A stretch of DNA of 64,000 nucleotides from Isurus oxyrinchus. Its lineage: Eukaryota. This document shows positions 36,223 to 50,759 of this stretch, in pieces. The notes beneath the pieces are model-generated. The model was not told the DNA's origin. It made no database searches and was given only the letters and a program-made list of their open reading frames with translations. Both the position numbers and the translations under genes were made by a program. Position 1 is the first letter of the stretch. The number at the start of each line of letters is the position of its first letter. Location of the stretch: positions 39,680,001-39,744,000 of the forward strand of contig JANJGN010000010.1 in the NCBI GenBank assembly GCA_026770705.1. The letters are read 5' to 3'.

Positions 36223-39200
36223 CTCTCATCATTCTCTCATACACACCTTCATTGTCCTCATCCCGTCCATCAGAGTATGCACCACCCACACATGCCAGGC
36301 ACACTTATCATCACACCTGGTAGGTGTTCTGCTTTCACTCCCTCCATCTATATTCATTCAGGACAAGCTGGCACACAACAAAAGTAAGAAGTTGTAGACT
36401 GGTGGAGGAATGCCTGAAATCAAGGTCCTCAGGACATTGAAAATAGAGTCATCCAGTTGGTGGCGAGGATCTGGAGCATTCCTATGCCGATGGTGAGGTC
36501 AGCGGTGTTCAACCAAGTGAGGATACAGTAGTGAAAAATCCATTAGACACCCGTGCTGTGAGTAATGTGTCCTGTTTCACAGGACACTGCCATGAACTAA
36601 TTATCTCTCCTTGTTTTCACAGGCACATCTAGGAAACAATCGAGGGAATCCTCAATCCAAGGCCTTGACTCAAGCCTTGAAGATACCCCAAAAGAGGAAT
36701 CTGCTGAAACCATCATTGAAAACCTGTCACAGTGCTCACCTACACTCTCCACCCGAGCAGAGACACACACCTCATGGGACTCAGCTTTAGAGTAGCCTGG
36801 CATCAAAATCTGGTGAGCACATCACACTGTCTGATCCACAGCAGTTAGCTGCAGGGACTTTCCAGGTTTCCGGCTCTCGGCGGGCTCCTAGAGACCAGAA
36901 ATCTGCTGAGCCAAGTCAGATGATGAGTCTCTGGACTCAGTCATACCTCAGTTGCTGGACCTGCAAAGCCAAGCTTGGAAACATCAGGAAGAGATGTCTG
37001 GTGCACCCCTCAGATTGCAAGGCACAATGGAGGAGTTCGTCCACCTTCAGTCTGAGGTGATAATGCCAGCATGCCAACGCTCCGAGGGCAACACTGGTAT
37101 GATGGTGGCCGCTCTGGAGACTTTGGTCCAGGGCATCGGTCCTGCACTTCTGTGCAGGCTGAACTCCATTGCTGATGCTATAGTTGTCTTCCATTAGTGT
37201 TTGACCCAGCAACAGTTAAGGAACAGTGATATATTTTCAAGTCAGGGTGGTGAGTAACTTGGAGGAAAACTTCCAGGTGGTGGTGTTCCCATCTATCTGC
37301 TACCCTTGTCCTTCTAGATGGTAGTGGTCGCAGGTTTGGAAGGTGCTGTCGAAGGAGCATTGGTGAATTCCTGCAATGCATCTTGTAGATGGTACACACC
37401 GCTGCTACTGTGCATTGGTGGTGCAGGGAGTGAATGTTTGTAGATGTGGTGCCAATCAAGTAGGCAGCTTTGTCCTGGACGGTGGCAAGTTTTTTGAGTG
37501 TTGTGGGAGCTGCACTCATTCAGGCAAGTGGGGAGTATTCCATCACACTCCTGACTTGTGCCTTATAGATAGTGAACATGCTCTGGGGAGTCAGGAGGTG
37601 AGATACTCATCATAGGATTCCTAGCCTCTGACCCTCTCTTGTAGCCACAGTATGGATATGGCTAGTCCAGTTCAGTTTTTGGTCAATGTCAATGTCCAGG
37701 ATGTTGACAGTGTGGGATTCAGTGATGGTAATGCCATTGAACACGAAGGGATGATGGTTGGATTCTCTGTTATTGGAGATGGTCATTGCCTGAAACTTAT
37801 GTGGCGTGAATGTTACTTGCCACTTGACAGCCTAATCCTGGATATTGTCCAGGTCTTGATGTCAATGCAAGAGGGGCGTGGGGCAGCTCGATCTCACTCC
37901 AGCTTCCCCTTCTCTTCAAGGAGTCAGCCAGGGGCCTCGGGCACCCATAAGGTGGAAGCTTAATAGGTGCACTCCCAGGGGACATCCAGTCAGGTGACTC
38001 TGGGATTGTCCAGCCCATCTGAATCCCCTTTTCCTGTGACACCAGTAAATTCAGCTCCATAAGTCGAGGAGGTTGCCATTGCCACACAGCAGAACCTTGA
38101 AAGTAGGCCCGGGCCCGCCATAGCTCAACCCTCCAGAGGATGACCATCAAAGTTATCATAAACAGGGCATAGCAGTCAGCTGGCTGCCTCCACCTCTGCT
38201 GTGGATGTTGGTGTAGTTGACCGAGATCTGAGCGACACGTGAGCGGGGTCGACAGCACCCAGCACCTGTGGAAAACCAGAGATCTGGATAAATCCCAGTG
38301 CTGTTGCTTCTTGGCTTTCCTGATCCCAGGTGAAATGCGGAGAGTTCTGTGCCTTCATGAAGGTGAGGTCCATGACCTCATGAATGCATTTGTGCATGGA
38401 GGCTTGCGATATCCCACAGAGGTCATCTGTGGAGCCCTGAAAGGACCCACTGGTGTAAAAATTGAGTGCTGTGGTCACTTACATGGCCACTGGCAAAGAG
38501 TGTCCTCCATGTCCCCATGGCACCAAATCCTGCAGCAGGTGGCAGGTGCGACCAACCAGTTCTCTGGACATGTGTAGCTTCAGCGACACTTGTTCTCGGT
38601 CATCTGGAGGAATGACAAGCACTGTCTATAAACCCTGGGTCTAGCTAGGCAGCGACTAACAATGGCTCACTGTGGCTCTTCAGTAGTGTGCCTGGGAGCA
38701 CCAGCCACCCCTTCTTCCTGAGGGTGCTACTCCTCACGCTGCCCAGCTAGGTGTCTCCATCACTCTCTTCTCCTTCATCTCCACTCTCTGTAAACCATAA
38801 GGCATACAGTTAGTTCACCAGGCTCCATGCTCCTGATGTACTCCTCCTGTAGGATGAAAGAGAGAGACATGTGAGTTAGCTTGCGTGTACTAAGAATTTC
38901 TCTTGGTTATGTCTGAACGCCCCTTAATGCATCCTGGAAAGTGTTGACCACCAGTTGGATGGCCAGTGCATAGTGCATTGCACAGCTGCCTGGAAGCCCA
39001 CCCACCTCTGCCTTACTCCGACAGGTGGCAGCTTAGTCCACTGGACTCCATGCTGTGCTCTCATCTCAGGCATAGACATTCTCCTAACCCACACTGCAAG
39101 GTTGCGCTGTTAGCTTGAACACTGGGGCAGACCAATTGTTCTGCAGTCCACTAAAATGCTCATTAGTTTGCAGCCTGTGCCTGAGGGATGAAAAGCTCTG

Positions 39201-39916
39201 GAGCATTTGTTGGCACTTTCAGGCTTCTACATTGTTTGAATGGGCACATAAGCTAGAGGCCCAAGCTAGAGGCCCAACTCCAAGAATGTCAATGTGGCTG
39301 CACCTGAACTGTCTCAGTTACGGAGAGTGAGCACTTTATACAAGGTTTCCCTTATGTGTGGTTGCTTCCCTCCACCTCCCCCCCACCCCCCCCACCGCCA
39401 ATAACCCTGCATGTCCTTTGTCCTTGAGCACTACCATCAACAGCAGTGCAGCCTTTGCCCCGGCAGTGTACTGTCAGCCAGCCAGGAAAAAACAACTTGC
39501 CTGTGCCCTCACCTGAATACGTGACACCTCAACCTTGAAGTCCAACAGGCAACGCTCGCAAACACTGCACAATGTTACTGTGCACTCAGCTCCGAGTTCC
39601 CCTTGAAGTGCAGCTCGCCAGGTGCCAGATGCATGCCTTAGAAATCCTTTTGTGAAACACGTAGGCGTGGACGTGCCCAGATGATCCAGCGTGGAGGGAT
39701 GATTTTGCTGAACAGAGCTTATAATGATATGCAGATGTATTAAAATGAAGTTCCTAATGTCTAGTGGCAGGAAACGAGGCCCACCATTGTTGGGCTGAGC
39801 AGACAATTGCAAACTGGTTTCACAACGTTGTGAAACGTATTTTTGGCCTTCCTGCCATATTGTCCGCTCACACCTGCCATGAAGCCCAACGCCAACCGGC
39901 GCAGAAAATTCCACCC
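36223..39916. mobile_element. Harbinger/PIF DNA transposon remnant (Myb/SANT gene on +, transposase on -)
   Basis: Minus-strand 38176-38478 LNFYTSGSFQ..GISQ..GFPQVLGAVD resembles a HARBI1-like DDE transposase. Plus-strand DKLAHNK..TGGG at about 36360 resembles the Myb/SANT partner. TIR-like aaaattccaccc at 39905-39916. Confidence 0.8.
37198..37860 (-). mobile_element. CR1-group LINE family 2 fragment nested in the Harbinger
   Basis: MSAAPTTLKKL..QDKAAYLIG..SLHHQCTVAAVCTIYKMHC. Confidence 0.8.
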
Positions 39917-40894
39917 CATGAATGAAGCAAGAATGAGTTGGAAATTATTCTGTTTAGGTTGATGTAGGAAAACCAAACTGTGAAAGTCCCTCACCTTTAG
40001 AGTTCTTCTTTGCACGAATATTCATTTGCCAACCTGAAGGATTCCAATTCGTCTGCTCACTCATCTATCCTGATTACTTTTCCACTGTCCTTGTTGGATT
40101 TTGTTCCATTGCTGCTCCTTGCCCACCTACCAACTTATCCGCCTGCCCAGGCAATAGCAAGTACCTGCAGACTCACTGGCCTCGCTTCCATGCTTCCTGC
40201 CCACAAACTCAGCTATTTGCCTCACACTTTTCCTACCCATTCACCAGACTAAGTGGATCTCAGCATACCTCACTTCCTCAAATGTTTCTTGGCCCATCTA
40301 GAGTGTCTAGAGTGCTTGCTGACCCACCTACCAACCAACTCCCACTAGCCAAATGCGTCCTTGGCTGTCCAACCCAAATGAATTCCACCTTGCCAAACAA
40401 GTTGTTTGTTTTTATTCATTGTTAGGATCTGAGCGTTGCTAACTAGATAAGCATTTGTTCTGTTAGGGGGAATACAGTAAGAATTTATTGAAAGGGAATT
40501 ACTTAGAATCTCCAGGCAGACAGTGCCATCAAGTACATTAACATTTAATGGTTACCAGAGGAACTTTGCTCACCCTTAGGGCCTGCAATCACCAGGAAGT
40601 CTCTGGGAGCCAAACTGGAGACGGAGGATGGAAACAAGATAGATTAAGTGTGCTCGACAACAGATGAAGAAAGGACAGATGGTCCCAGATTAGATAGGGG
40701 GAGAAGGCTCTGCCTGGGTGAAGGCTGAACAATGTTCTTGTCAGTGATGTATAAATAAGCTGTATATTTGTAATTTGGTAGAGTGCTACCTCAAGCTGCT
40801 TTGGGGTGGTTCTCTCCTTGCAATTGCTCGAATAAACGATAGTAACCTGTACTTGAGACTCCTGTGGTTCATTTGTCAAAGTTACCACAACAGT

Positions 40895-43065
40895 TCCCAA
40901 ATTACCCTTGAAAAGGTGGTGGTGAGCCAGGTTCTTGAACTGCTGCAGTCCATGTGTTGTAGGTACACCAACCGCACTATTGGGGAGGGAGTTATGGGAT
41001 CTTGGCTCACTGAAGGAGTGGCATTAGAGTTTCAAGCCAGGATGGTAACTTGGAGGGGAACTTGCAGGCGTTGGTGTTCCCATGCATCTGCTGCCCTTGT
41101 CCTTCTAGGTGGTAGATGTTGCGGGTATGGAAGAAGCTGTCAAAGGAAACTTGGTGAATCACTGCAGTGCATCTTGTAGATGGTACACACCGTTGCCACT
41201 GTGCGTTGGTGGTGCAGGGAGCAAATGTTTAATGTGGTGGGTGGGGTATCAATCAAGTGTCATGGATGATGTCAAACTCTTGAGTATTGGAGCTGCACTC
41301 ATCCAGGCAAATAGAGATAATTAGAATCTCTTGTTGGAGATGATCATTGTTGGGCACTTGTGTGGCGCAGATATTACTTGCCATTTATCAGCCCTTGCCT
41401 CAATGTTGTCCATCCAGGTCTTACTGCATCTGGGCACAGACTGCTTCAGTAACTGAGGAGTACTGAATGTTTCTGAACTTTGCACAATCATCAGTGAATA
41501 TCCCCATCTCGACTTGAGATCTTATGATGGAGGGAAGGTCACAGCTGAAGCAGCTGAATATGGTTGCACCAGGGGAACTACCCTGAGGAACTCTTCCAGT
41601 GATGTCCTGGAGCTGAAATGATTGGCCTTTAACATCCATTACTTTGATGATGATTGAAAGTAGGCTGATGGTATGGCAATTGGCCATGTTGGATTTCCCT
41701 TGCTTTTTGTGAACAGGATGTACATGGGCAATTTTCCACATTGGCGGGTAGATGCCATTGTTGTAGCTCTACCAGAATAGTTTAGCTACAAGCATTGCTA
41801 GTTATGAACAATAGGTCTTCAGTGCTACAGCCAGGATGTTACCAGGACCCATAGTGTTTGCTATATCCATGAGCAGGTTATTGCTAATCCAGTGTGACTT
41901 GATAGTACTGTCAATGACACCTTCCATCACTTTACTGATAATTGAGAATAGACTGATGGGCATAATTGGGAATTGGCCCAACAATGCTGTTCCTAATTAC
42001 CAACAACTGGAAATGATGGACATGCTGAATAAGGACAGTATTTATAACAGAGGAAGAGGTCTGTATGCCATACATTCCAAGGACACTGATATTGGAAACA
42101 GCAATAACCTGCTCACTGATGCTCAGTTTGGTTTCACCAGGGCCACTCAGCTCTTGGCCTCATTACAGCCTTAGTCCAAACATGAACCAAAGAGCTGAAC
42201 ACTCAAGAGGTGAGGTGAGAGTGACTCCCCTAGACACCAAGGCAGCATCTGACTGAGTTTGGCATCAAGGAGCCCTGGGAGAAGTTAATGGGAATCAGGG
42301 GGAAAATTCTCCATTGGTTGGAGTCACACCTAGCACAAAGAAAGATTGTTGTGGTTGTAGGTGGTCAATCATCTCAGCCCCAAGGCATTGATCCATGAGT
42401 TCTGAGGGTAATGTCCTATGCCCAACTAGAAATCTAACTGGACTAGCCATTTAAATACTATGGCTACAAAAGCAAGTCAGAGACTGGGAAGACTGCGGTG
42501 AGTCACCTCCTGACTCTCCAATGCCTGTCCACCATCTTAAAGTCACAAATGAGGACTGTGATGAAATAATCTCCCCTTGCCTGGATGAATGCAGCTCCAA
42601 CAACACTCAACAATCTCGACACAATCCAGGACAAAGCAGCCCACTTGATCAGCACTCCATCCACCACCTTAAACGTTCACTCCCTCTAACCACCGATGCA
42701 CAGTGGCAGCATTGAGCACCATATAAAAGATGCACTGCAGCAACTCACCAACGCTCCTTCCAAATGCACAAAATCTACCATCTAGAAGGACAACACCAAC
42801 ATCTGCAAGTTCCCCTCCAAGTCACACACCATTGAAATATATGCTATTTCTTCTGTAGCTATTCTAAGTGCTATTCCTTCACTGTCATGAGATCAAAATC
42901 CTGGTTCTCCCTTCCTTATAGCACCGTGGGTGTAAATGCACGAGGTGAACTGCAGTGGTTCAAGAAGATGGCTCATAACCATCTGTTCAAGGGCCATGAG
43001 GGATGGACAACAAATATTGGTCTTGCCAGTAACATTACATTCCATGAAAGAATATATATAAAAAA
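40895..43065. mobile_element. Rearranged CR1-group LINE family 2 fragments (- strand 40895-41975, + strand 42095-43065)
   Basis: WKIAHVHPVHKKQ, ISLLSII.KVM, NNLLTDAQFGF remnants and family tails. Confidence 0.7.
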
Positions 43066-44402
43066 ACAGGGCCTCTCCAAAATTAACGTCAGCAAAATAA
43101 CAGTAAAGAAGAAAATAATGGTACTGATGAGTGACAAATCCTCAGGATCAGATGATGTATATGTTAAAGGAAGTGGGCGAGAACATTGCAAAGGTCCGAA
43201 CTATAAACTTGCAAATTTCTCTCAAATCCATTTCTTAAGCAAGGTGACAGAGGGATGTCAGAGAATTATAGGCCAGTTAGCTTAATATCCGTTTTCAGGA
43301 AATGATTTCATAATTAAGGATAGGCTGACCGAGGGCCTTAAAATGTCTCAGCTCATTAGAGCCAGTATGGATTTGAAAAAGGGTAGATCATGGCTGGGGA
43401 ATTTAATTGATCGTTTGAAAAGGTTAACAATTTATTGGTAGGGGAATGTCTATGGATGTCACTTGTATGGATAGAAAGCATTTGATAAGGTCCTTGACAG
43501 GGATGTTAGCTAAAGTTTAAGTTCATAGAACTGAAAGTAAATCACTCAACCGATTAGAAAATTAGCTGAGCAGCAGGAGATAGAGCAAGGAGAGAATGGG
43601 CAGCTATTCAAATTTGCAGAATATGACAAATTACACCCCATATAAACCTGTGTTGGAGCTCCAACTCTTCAACATATTTGCTAATAACCTAGCTGATAGA
43701 ATAGAAAACCACAAATCTAAATTTGCTAATAACATAACACAGCATTATAAGCAGCATAGATGGAAGCGTAAAATTACAAAGAGATATTGATAGATTAAGT
43801 GAATCAGCAAAACTGTGGCAAATCAATTCCAATGTAGCCAAATGTGAGATCCTCAAATATGGACCTACAAAGGATAGAACAGGGTCCTTTCTAAATGGTG
43901 AAAAGCTAAAAATGCTGCAGGTCCAAAGAGCCTTGAGGAGTCCAGATACACATATCATTAAAATGTAGTGAACAGGAACAGAAAATAAGCAAAAACCCTA
44001 ATGAAATGCTGGCCTTTCTATCCAAAGGGGGTAGAAGACATGATTCAGCTACCCAAAGCCCTGGTTAGACCATTCCTGGATTACAGTGAGCAGTTGTGGG
44101 CATCACACCATAGGAAGGATATATTGGTGTCACAGAGAGTGCAGTGTAGATTTACTAGAATGATTGTTGCACTTGATGGTTTAGATTATGAGGAGAGATT
44201 ACAAAAACGAGGGTTGTACTCTCTGGAATTTAGAAGGTGAAGAGGTGACTTGAGCAAAGTTTTCAGATATTATGCGAAACAGACAGGGGGGATAGAGAGA
44301 AACTATTCCCTTTAGTTGGGGAGTCCAGGTCAAGGGGGAATAGTGTAATAATCAGAGACATGATATTAGGAAAGAGTTCTACACACAAAGAGTGGTAGAA
44401 GT
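43066..44402 (+). mobile_element. Degenerate CR1 fragment
   Basis: KALVRPFLDYSEQLW and YEERLQKRGLYSLEFRR. Confidence 0.7.
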
Positions 44403-44404
44403 AT

Positions 44405-45670
44405 TTTTTATTCATTTACACGATTGTGGGCTTCGCTGGCTAGGCCAACATTTATTGCCCATCCCTAGTTGCCCTTGAGAAGGTGATGATGAGCTGCCTT
44501 CTTGAACTGTTGCAGTCCCTGTGGTGTACACACTCACAGTGCTGTTAGGGAGTTCCAAGATTTTAACCCAGCGACAGTGAAGGAACAGCAATATATTTCC
44601 AAGTCAGGATGATGAGTGGCTTGGAGGCGAATTCTTGGAGGGTGGTGGTGTTCCCATCTATCTGTTGCCCTTATCCTTTTAGATGGTAGCTGTCATGAGT
44701 TTGGAAGGTGTTACCTAAGGAGCCTTTGTGAGTTTCTGCAGTGCATCTTGTAGATGACACACACTGCTGCCAATGTGCGTCAGTGATGGACGGAATGAAT
44801 GTTTGTGCAACCTGGTGCCAATCAAGCAGACTACTTTGTCCTGGATGGTGTCAAGCTTCTTGAGTGCTATTGGAGGTGCACTCATCCACAGAAGTGGGGA
44901 GTATTTCATCACACTCCTGACTTGGGCCTTGTAGATGGTGGACAGGCTTTGGGGAGTCAGAAGATGAGTTACTTGTCACAAGATTCTTAGCCTCCGACCT
45001 GCTCTTGTAGCCACACTGTTTCTATGGTTAGTCCATTTCAGTTTCTGGTCAATGGTAACCCCCAGGATGTTGATAGTGGGGGATTCAGTGATGGTAATGC
45101 CATTGAATGTTAAGGGCCAATGGTTGGATTCTCTTTTGTTGGAGATGGTCATTGCCTGACACCTGTGTGGCACAAATGTTATTTGCCACTTGTCTGCCCA
45201 AGCCTGAATATTGGCCAGGTCTTGGTGCATTTGGACATGGACTGCTTCAGTATCTGAGGAGTCACGAATGAAAGTGGTGCTACAGCAATGAATTTCAAGC
45301 CCATTCCGTTTCCTAGTCACAAGAGTGTCCTACACATGGCACATGATTTATTATGGCTTTCCTGTGGCATTGCTCAAGAAGAAAAAAGCATTCTCACAAC
45401 AATTGCTACTTTCTCTGAACACTGTGCAATCATCAGCGGACATCCCCACTTCTGACCTTATGATGGAAAGGTCATTGATGAAGCAGCTGACGATGCCTGG
45501 GCTGAAGACCCTACCCTGAGGAACTACTGCAGTGATGGCCTGGAACTAAGATGATTGACTTCCAACAACCACAACCATCTTCCTTTGCACTAGGTATGAC
45601 TCCAACCAGCAGAGAGCTGTCCCCCTGATTTCAATTTTGCTAGAGTTCCTTGATACTACACTCAGTCAAA
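44405..45670 (-). mobile_element. CR1-group LINE family 2 fragment carrying a templated insertion
   Basis: Family ORF motifs and tail, interrupted at 45269-45415. Confidence 0.8.
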
Positions 45671-47827
45671 TGTTTGAATCGCTGTTGCATAAATGCAATG
45701 TCAATTGTTTATTTTAAAACTGAAATTGATAGAATTTGTTAACTAGTGTATTAAAGAATATGGGACAAATTAAGACAGGCACATGGAGTTAGGTTGTAGA
45801 TCAGCCATTAAGTGGTGAAACAGGCTTGACGGCCTAAACAGCTGACTATTGTTCCTCGAACTCTGCCACACTTTGCACTGTTCCAAGGTATTTGAAGTCC
45901 ATGCACACATTCTGCAGTTTCCAACCCCTCGGTACTTAATGTTTCACTCAATGTTGCCACACTCCAATCCAGTGACATCTATCCTCAGCATAACACATCC
46001 AGATACTTAATTGTATCACTTCTCCCTATCCTGTCCGTCTCATTGGTCCAAACCCTTCTATGATCAAGAACTGTGAAATAGTATGGTCTGTAGTCCAAAA
46101 TCTCTAAACATTTGAATCCTTTTTAAGCACATCACCTCTCTAGAGTGGTCAGAGGCAATTGTATCCTTGCCCCTATTGATCCCAGGCCTTACTGTGCAGA
46201 CCTATCCATGTGCTGCCAAATCTAACCCACACTCAAAAGTCTTCCCAGACTCTTTACTGCAATCCCAAAGAATACCCTCACTCCGAGAGATAGTAATTAA
46301 AATTGCGATAATGGGGAAAGAAAGAACTATGCAATGATAGAAGCAAGTCAAAAATATCAGAGCAATACAGCCTTCAAAGGATTGGGAAAGTGAATGAACA
46401 TGGACAGGAGGTAGAAGCAACTTCCACTGTGACCTTTTAATTTAGATTCCAGGAACCTGCTATCATAACCAACTGACAGCTTTGTGTTGTTAAGCCCAAT
46501 GACCATAAACCAAAGCTGACATCCATATGCAGTTTAATATATTTGTGGCCAAGTCCAAGGAAAAAAGATTTAGTGGCGTAAGTTCTGAAAACCAGGTCAT
46601 GGATCCCAGAATCCAAATTAAAGACCAATATAAATGGCTCTATAGACAGGAGGGAGTGGGGAGAAAGTAGCAATTGTTGCGAGAATGCTTTTTTCTTCTT
46701 CTTGAGCAATGCCACAGGAAAGCCATAATAAATCATGTGCCATGCGTAGGACACTAGTGACTAGGAAACGGAATGGGCTTGAAATTCATTGCTGTAGCAC
46801 CACTTTCAGTAGTGCCTACCTCTGTTTCCAGGGGCACAAAGCACCGCTTGCAGATCCCTGCATGACCCTTGAGGTGTTGCTGGAGAATAAGAGTGCAAGC
46901 TGATGCATCCCATGTGTGTGCTGGAAGACGTTAATTTGACACTATTCTTATGTTAAACATCTCAACCAGCTGATGTAACAACAGGATCCCAAATTTGGAC
47001 ACAGAATATGCAGACAGCATCTGTGTTTACATATGACAAAAGAAGTATGAAGCTGCAAAATGAGCCCGGCAGTTGCATTATTTAAGAAGTCAGGTATCCT
47101 GAATGAGGCAAGTATGAGGCTGGCAGCATTGGTAGGTGTGTGAAGGGCACGTTGAATACCTATATGAATATTTGGTATGAGTCCTAAATTTCAGGGATTA
47201 CTATTGAGTAAGTGATGGTGTATTGATTGGCATGAGAAGTTGATGGTGGGTAGCCAGAGGATATCACGTGAAAATGTATTCATTGATGTTGACCACCTGA
47301 ATGAGATCATTAGACCTCTTATAGCACTATTACTAGGTCCACGGGTCCAAACTCCACTCATGCTGCTAGCACCAAATCCATCACTATGAATTCCTCCGTC
47401 TGTCCTGGTGTTTACTTTGCAATAACGTATACTGCAGCAAGTCTTCTGTGCAGGCTCCCTTTGAGGTATTGATTGTCTTTAACAGCAGCAAGCTGGCTGT
47501 ACTATTTTGTCTACAAATCAATGCTGCTAGGGCCTACTGCTCCACACACAGCTCACTGGCAGTACTCAAGAGCAGACAACAGTGCTGGGGGTGCTCTAGA
47601 TAGTGTAGTTCAGATAACTTGGGAACAAGAATTTTGAAGATTGCCCACGTCGATCAGAATGGGTATAGGCAGGTCATGAATCACCAGCAGCCTGCCCAAA
47701 AACTGGGTTATCCAGCTTCTAGCTCAGTATCTTCCAACTTCACCTTAAGCAGCAATACAAGATCATCTAGTAGTTTGTGAAAGTCTTAGGAGCAAACCAT
47801 GCATGTTTAAACCAATAATACAAAATC

Positions 47828-47983
47828 TTTATTAGCTGCTTATTCCTATATCACAAAAGGAACAAAGATTTATAGCACAGTAGGTGATCGTGCCCATGCC
47901 AGCCAAATTTTGCAACTTCAAGCTTTAGCAAATTTTCACTTCAAATGACACATATCTGTCTTTTTGACCAACATCAATTTATT
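47828..47983 (-). terminator. Candidate polyadenylation signals of gene B (AATAAA at 47978-47983 and 47828-47833)
   Basis: TTTATT on the + strand about 1.1-1.2 kb past the stop, after an AT-rich, repeat-poor, 3'UTR-like stretch. Confidence 0.3.
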
Positions 47984-49033
47984 GCTAAAAGCAAGCTGTT
48001 AAATTAGTATTTTAGCTATTCTGTTCTACTTCTCCATTTTGGTGCACATCAAAATATATAAAAAGTATTTAAAACATTTGATTACTAAAATAGAATTACA
48101 TTTGCTGTTCATTCAAATGCAGAAATAGGTATACACCAAAAGAGATACAAATGCATTTTTTTTAAAAAGAAGGTAAAGATTTAAGTAAAGCATGAATATA
48201 CAGTGAAATTCTTGGCAGTTAAATATCACAAGGGTACTAAAAATCCCAAATAATTTGTTTGTAATAAATTTTAATAAAACAATAAATCTCAATTAAAAAC
48301 CTTTGAGCTATGAGACCATATCTGCTAAAGGTCTGTTTGTCAACTACCAGTCTTATAATTGCACTTTTGAGGTTACAAAAAGAAACTGAAAAAAGAAATG
48401 CTGCCACAGGATAAAGGAATGAATGAAGCAGCAATAGTCATTCCCACAACTGTGGCTGATCTTCTGCCTCAACTTTACTTTCCGGCAAGTTCTCGATATC
48501 CTGACTCCATGAAAGACCAAAAATCAATCAATGAAGCAAGCTATCCTAGCACTATCCTAGTGGCAACACTGAAGGAGATAACACCACATTCTCTTTTTCT
48601 CTTCTCACTTCTTTCTTACCCAACACACACTGTGTAACAAAGTGTAGAGATCATTTTAGCAGCCACTCCTTGTCCTTCACAGTATAATATAACCCTCTTT
48701 CATTCAGTTATTCTGTTTTCACAGAGTGGCTTTGAAGGTCTGTCCTCAAAACTCATTCTTTCAGTTTCCAAATACAGTATCTAATTAATGGCTTTTCTTC
48801 ATGTATTTCATCATTCATTCATTCATTGATAAATGTATTAATGATTAGAAAATTGAGACGATAATGAATAAATATAAAAATAAAACTGATATTGGCCATA
48901 CACCATTTCAGTCACCCATGGGAAACATTTTAATGCATTATACATGACGTGAGGTCAAAACAAGGAAGCTGTTTCCATTTTTCACATCAAATCACAATGC
49001 ATTGCTACAGTTTCCAGAAAAAGCCACACCAAC

Positions 49034-49338
49034 TCAACTTAATTTCAGCTTGAAATATCTGCTAATTGGGTCCATCTCAGTGATGACATCAACTTGCAGC
49101 TGACAGTTGTGATCTTCTTGCTTTGGTATATAAGTTAGAGTTGTGGTGAATCCTGTACCAGATTGAAGTGGTGTGTTTGCAATGCAGCTTACATCGTAAA
49201 AAGGGTAAGCATCTCTGAACCAAGTGATGTGAGATTCTTCTATGGTGGCTCCTTCAATCGTGCAGGAAACTGTTACGGGCTGGCCAGCTTTAGGATAGTT
49301 TGTTTGGCAAGTTATCTGTGACACCTTCGGAAAATCAT
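49034..49338 (-). CDS. Gene B terminal exon, divergent C1-like Ig domain ending at the stop
   Basis: ttccaacag|AT acceptor. FPKV..VTVSCTIEG..ITWFRD..FTTTLTYIP..KLKLS*, with TGA at 49034-49036 and no good donor nearby. Confidence 0.8.
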
Positions 49339-50759
49339 CTGTTGGAATAAAATTTGAAATAAATAAAAATCTTGATAACATTAAAAAAATATAGATTTTA
49401 CTATATTAAAAAAAAAACACAAGGAAAGTTGGTAGTTCTAGCAGCAGAGCTCTGCAATCCTACACTCAGGGCCTTTTCATCTTAATCCCAACTGCTTCTG
49501 ACATTCTACAAGAAATGAGCCATTTTATTAAGAATCACCAAATCCTTGCATAAATCATGAGCCTTGATGTCCAAGGAGAGAATAAAAAGATGACAGCAAT
49601 CAGAGAGTATCTAGCCATCCTTTTGTCTCAATTAATTGGACACGGAGTTGAAAGAATAATGAAGATGGAGTCATAGAAGAGAGAAGAAACAAAAATATTC
49701 AAGAATGAGATAAGAAGGAATTCTGTTCTTCAAACTGGGAACTTTGAGTGCGAGATTAAAGTTCTATATATACCCTAATCCTAGTTAAATAGTTAAAAAC
49801 CAAATTATTACAACTTATTCATTTGTGGGCAAAAAATTGTGTGTTACAAATCAAAGCAGGCATGTTTCCAACATCGGAGATTTTACTAAATTTGATACAA
49901 TTATGGAACATAAGCAAACGTTGGGAACTGACAAATGGGGAGTCACAGGAAATATGCAGGGCAGTTAGCATGACATCAACTATTAAGCACACAGTCACCC
50001 CATGCCACAAAAAGCTTAAAAACCTTGAGCAGCAGCTCAGGTAAGATACAAGGAGCCAGCCAATAATGCACAATCTACCATTTATCCAAAGTTTTCACTA
50101 ACTGTATTAAAATGCTTGAATAACTTACCACAGGAACACAGACACAGGAGTAAACCACTTAGTACTTGGTTTTAATGTTGGAATCATGCTACGATAGTGC
50201 ATGCTTTAGTTTGTAATTGAGAGCAGCTGCCACCAATTGGGGAAAGATTAGGGAATTATTCCAAGTGTATAAAAAACAACTTATATTGGGTTTAGGGGAG
50301 TAATAAAGAACTCTATGCTTACATCCTGTGGTCTTGTGAATAAACCTGGATTAAGGAAAAGAGTGGCTTCAGATTCATCCTTCCCTCAATGTATGAACTT
50401 AACATAAAAACAGAGAATGAACATTGATCTCTGGTGATTGGACGTTGAATATGAGTTTTTATTTTGCCTGCATCCTATGAAAAAAATAAATTTATGACTC
50501 CTGGCAACCTTTGGTGCAAAATGGCTGAGGCCTGATGCAAATTCTCAATTTGATTATTTACTCATTTTTTTCAGCGTCTGGACTCTATGGCAGTGGAAAA
50601 ATAAGGCGGAATTATGGACATGGGTTATCTTGTTCTCCTGGAGGAAGCAAAGTATGACTTTGGCTTTCTTATTACCATGAAAAAGAAAGATTAGGAATGT
50701 AGTATTTTTGGAACTGGATATGAGTTACTTGGAGACTGAAGAACGATCAAATCTCTTCT

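Noticed and set aside
38176-38478. Domesticated HARBI1 gene
   Set aside because: The sequence is fragmentary, the DDE region is truncated, and it sits within a decayed transposon with a TIR and Myb partner.
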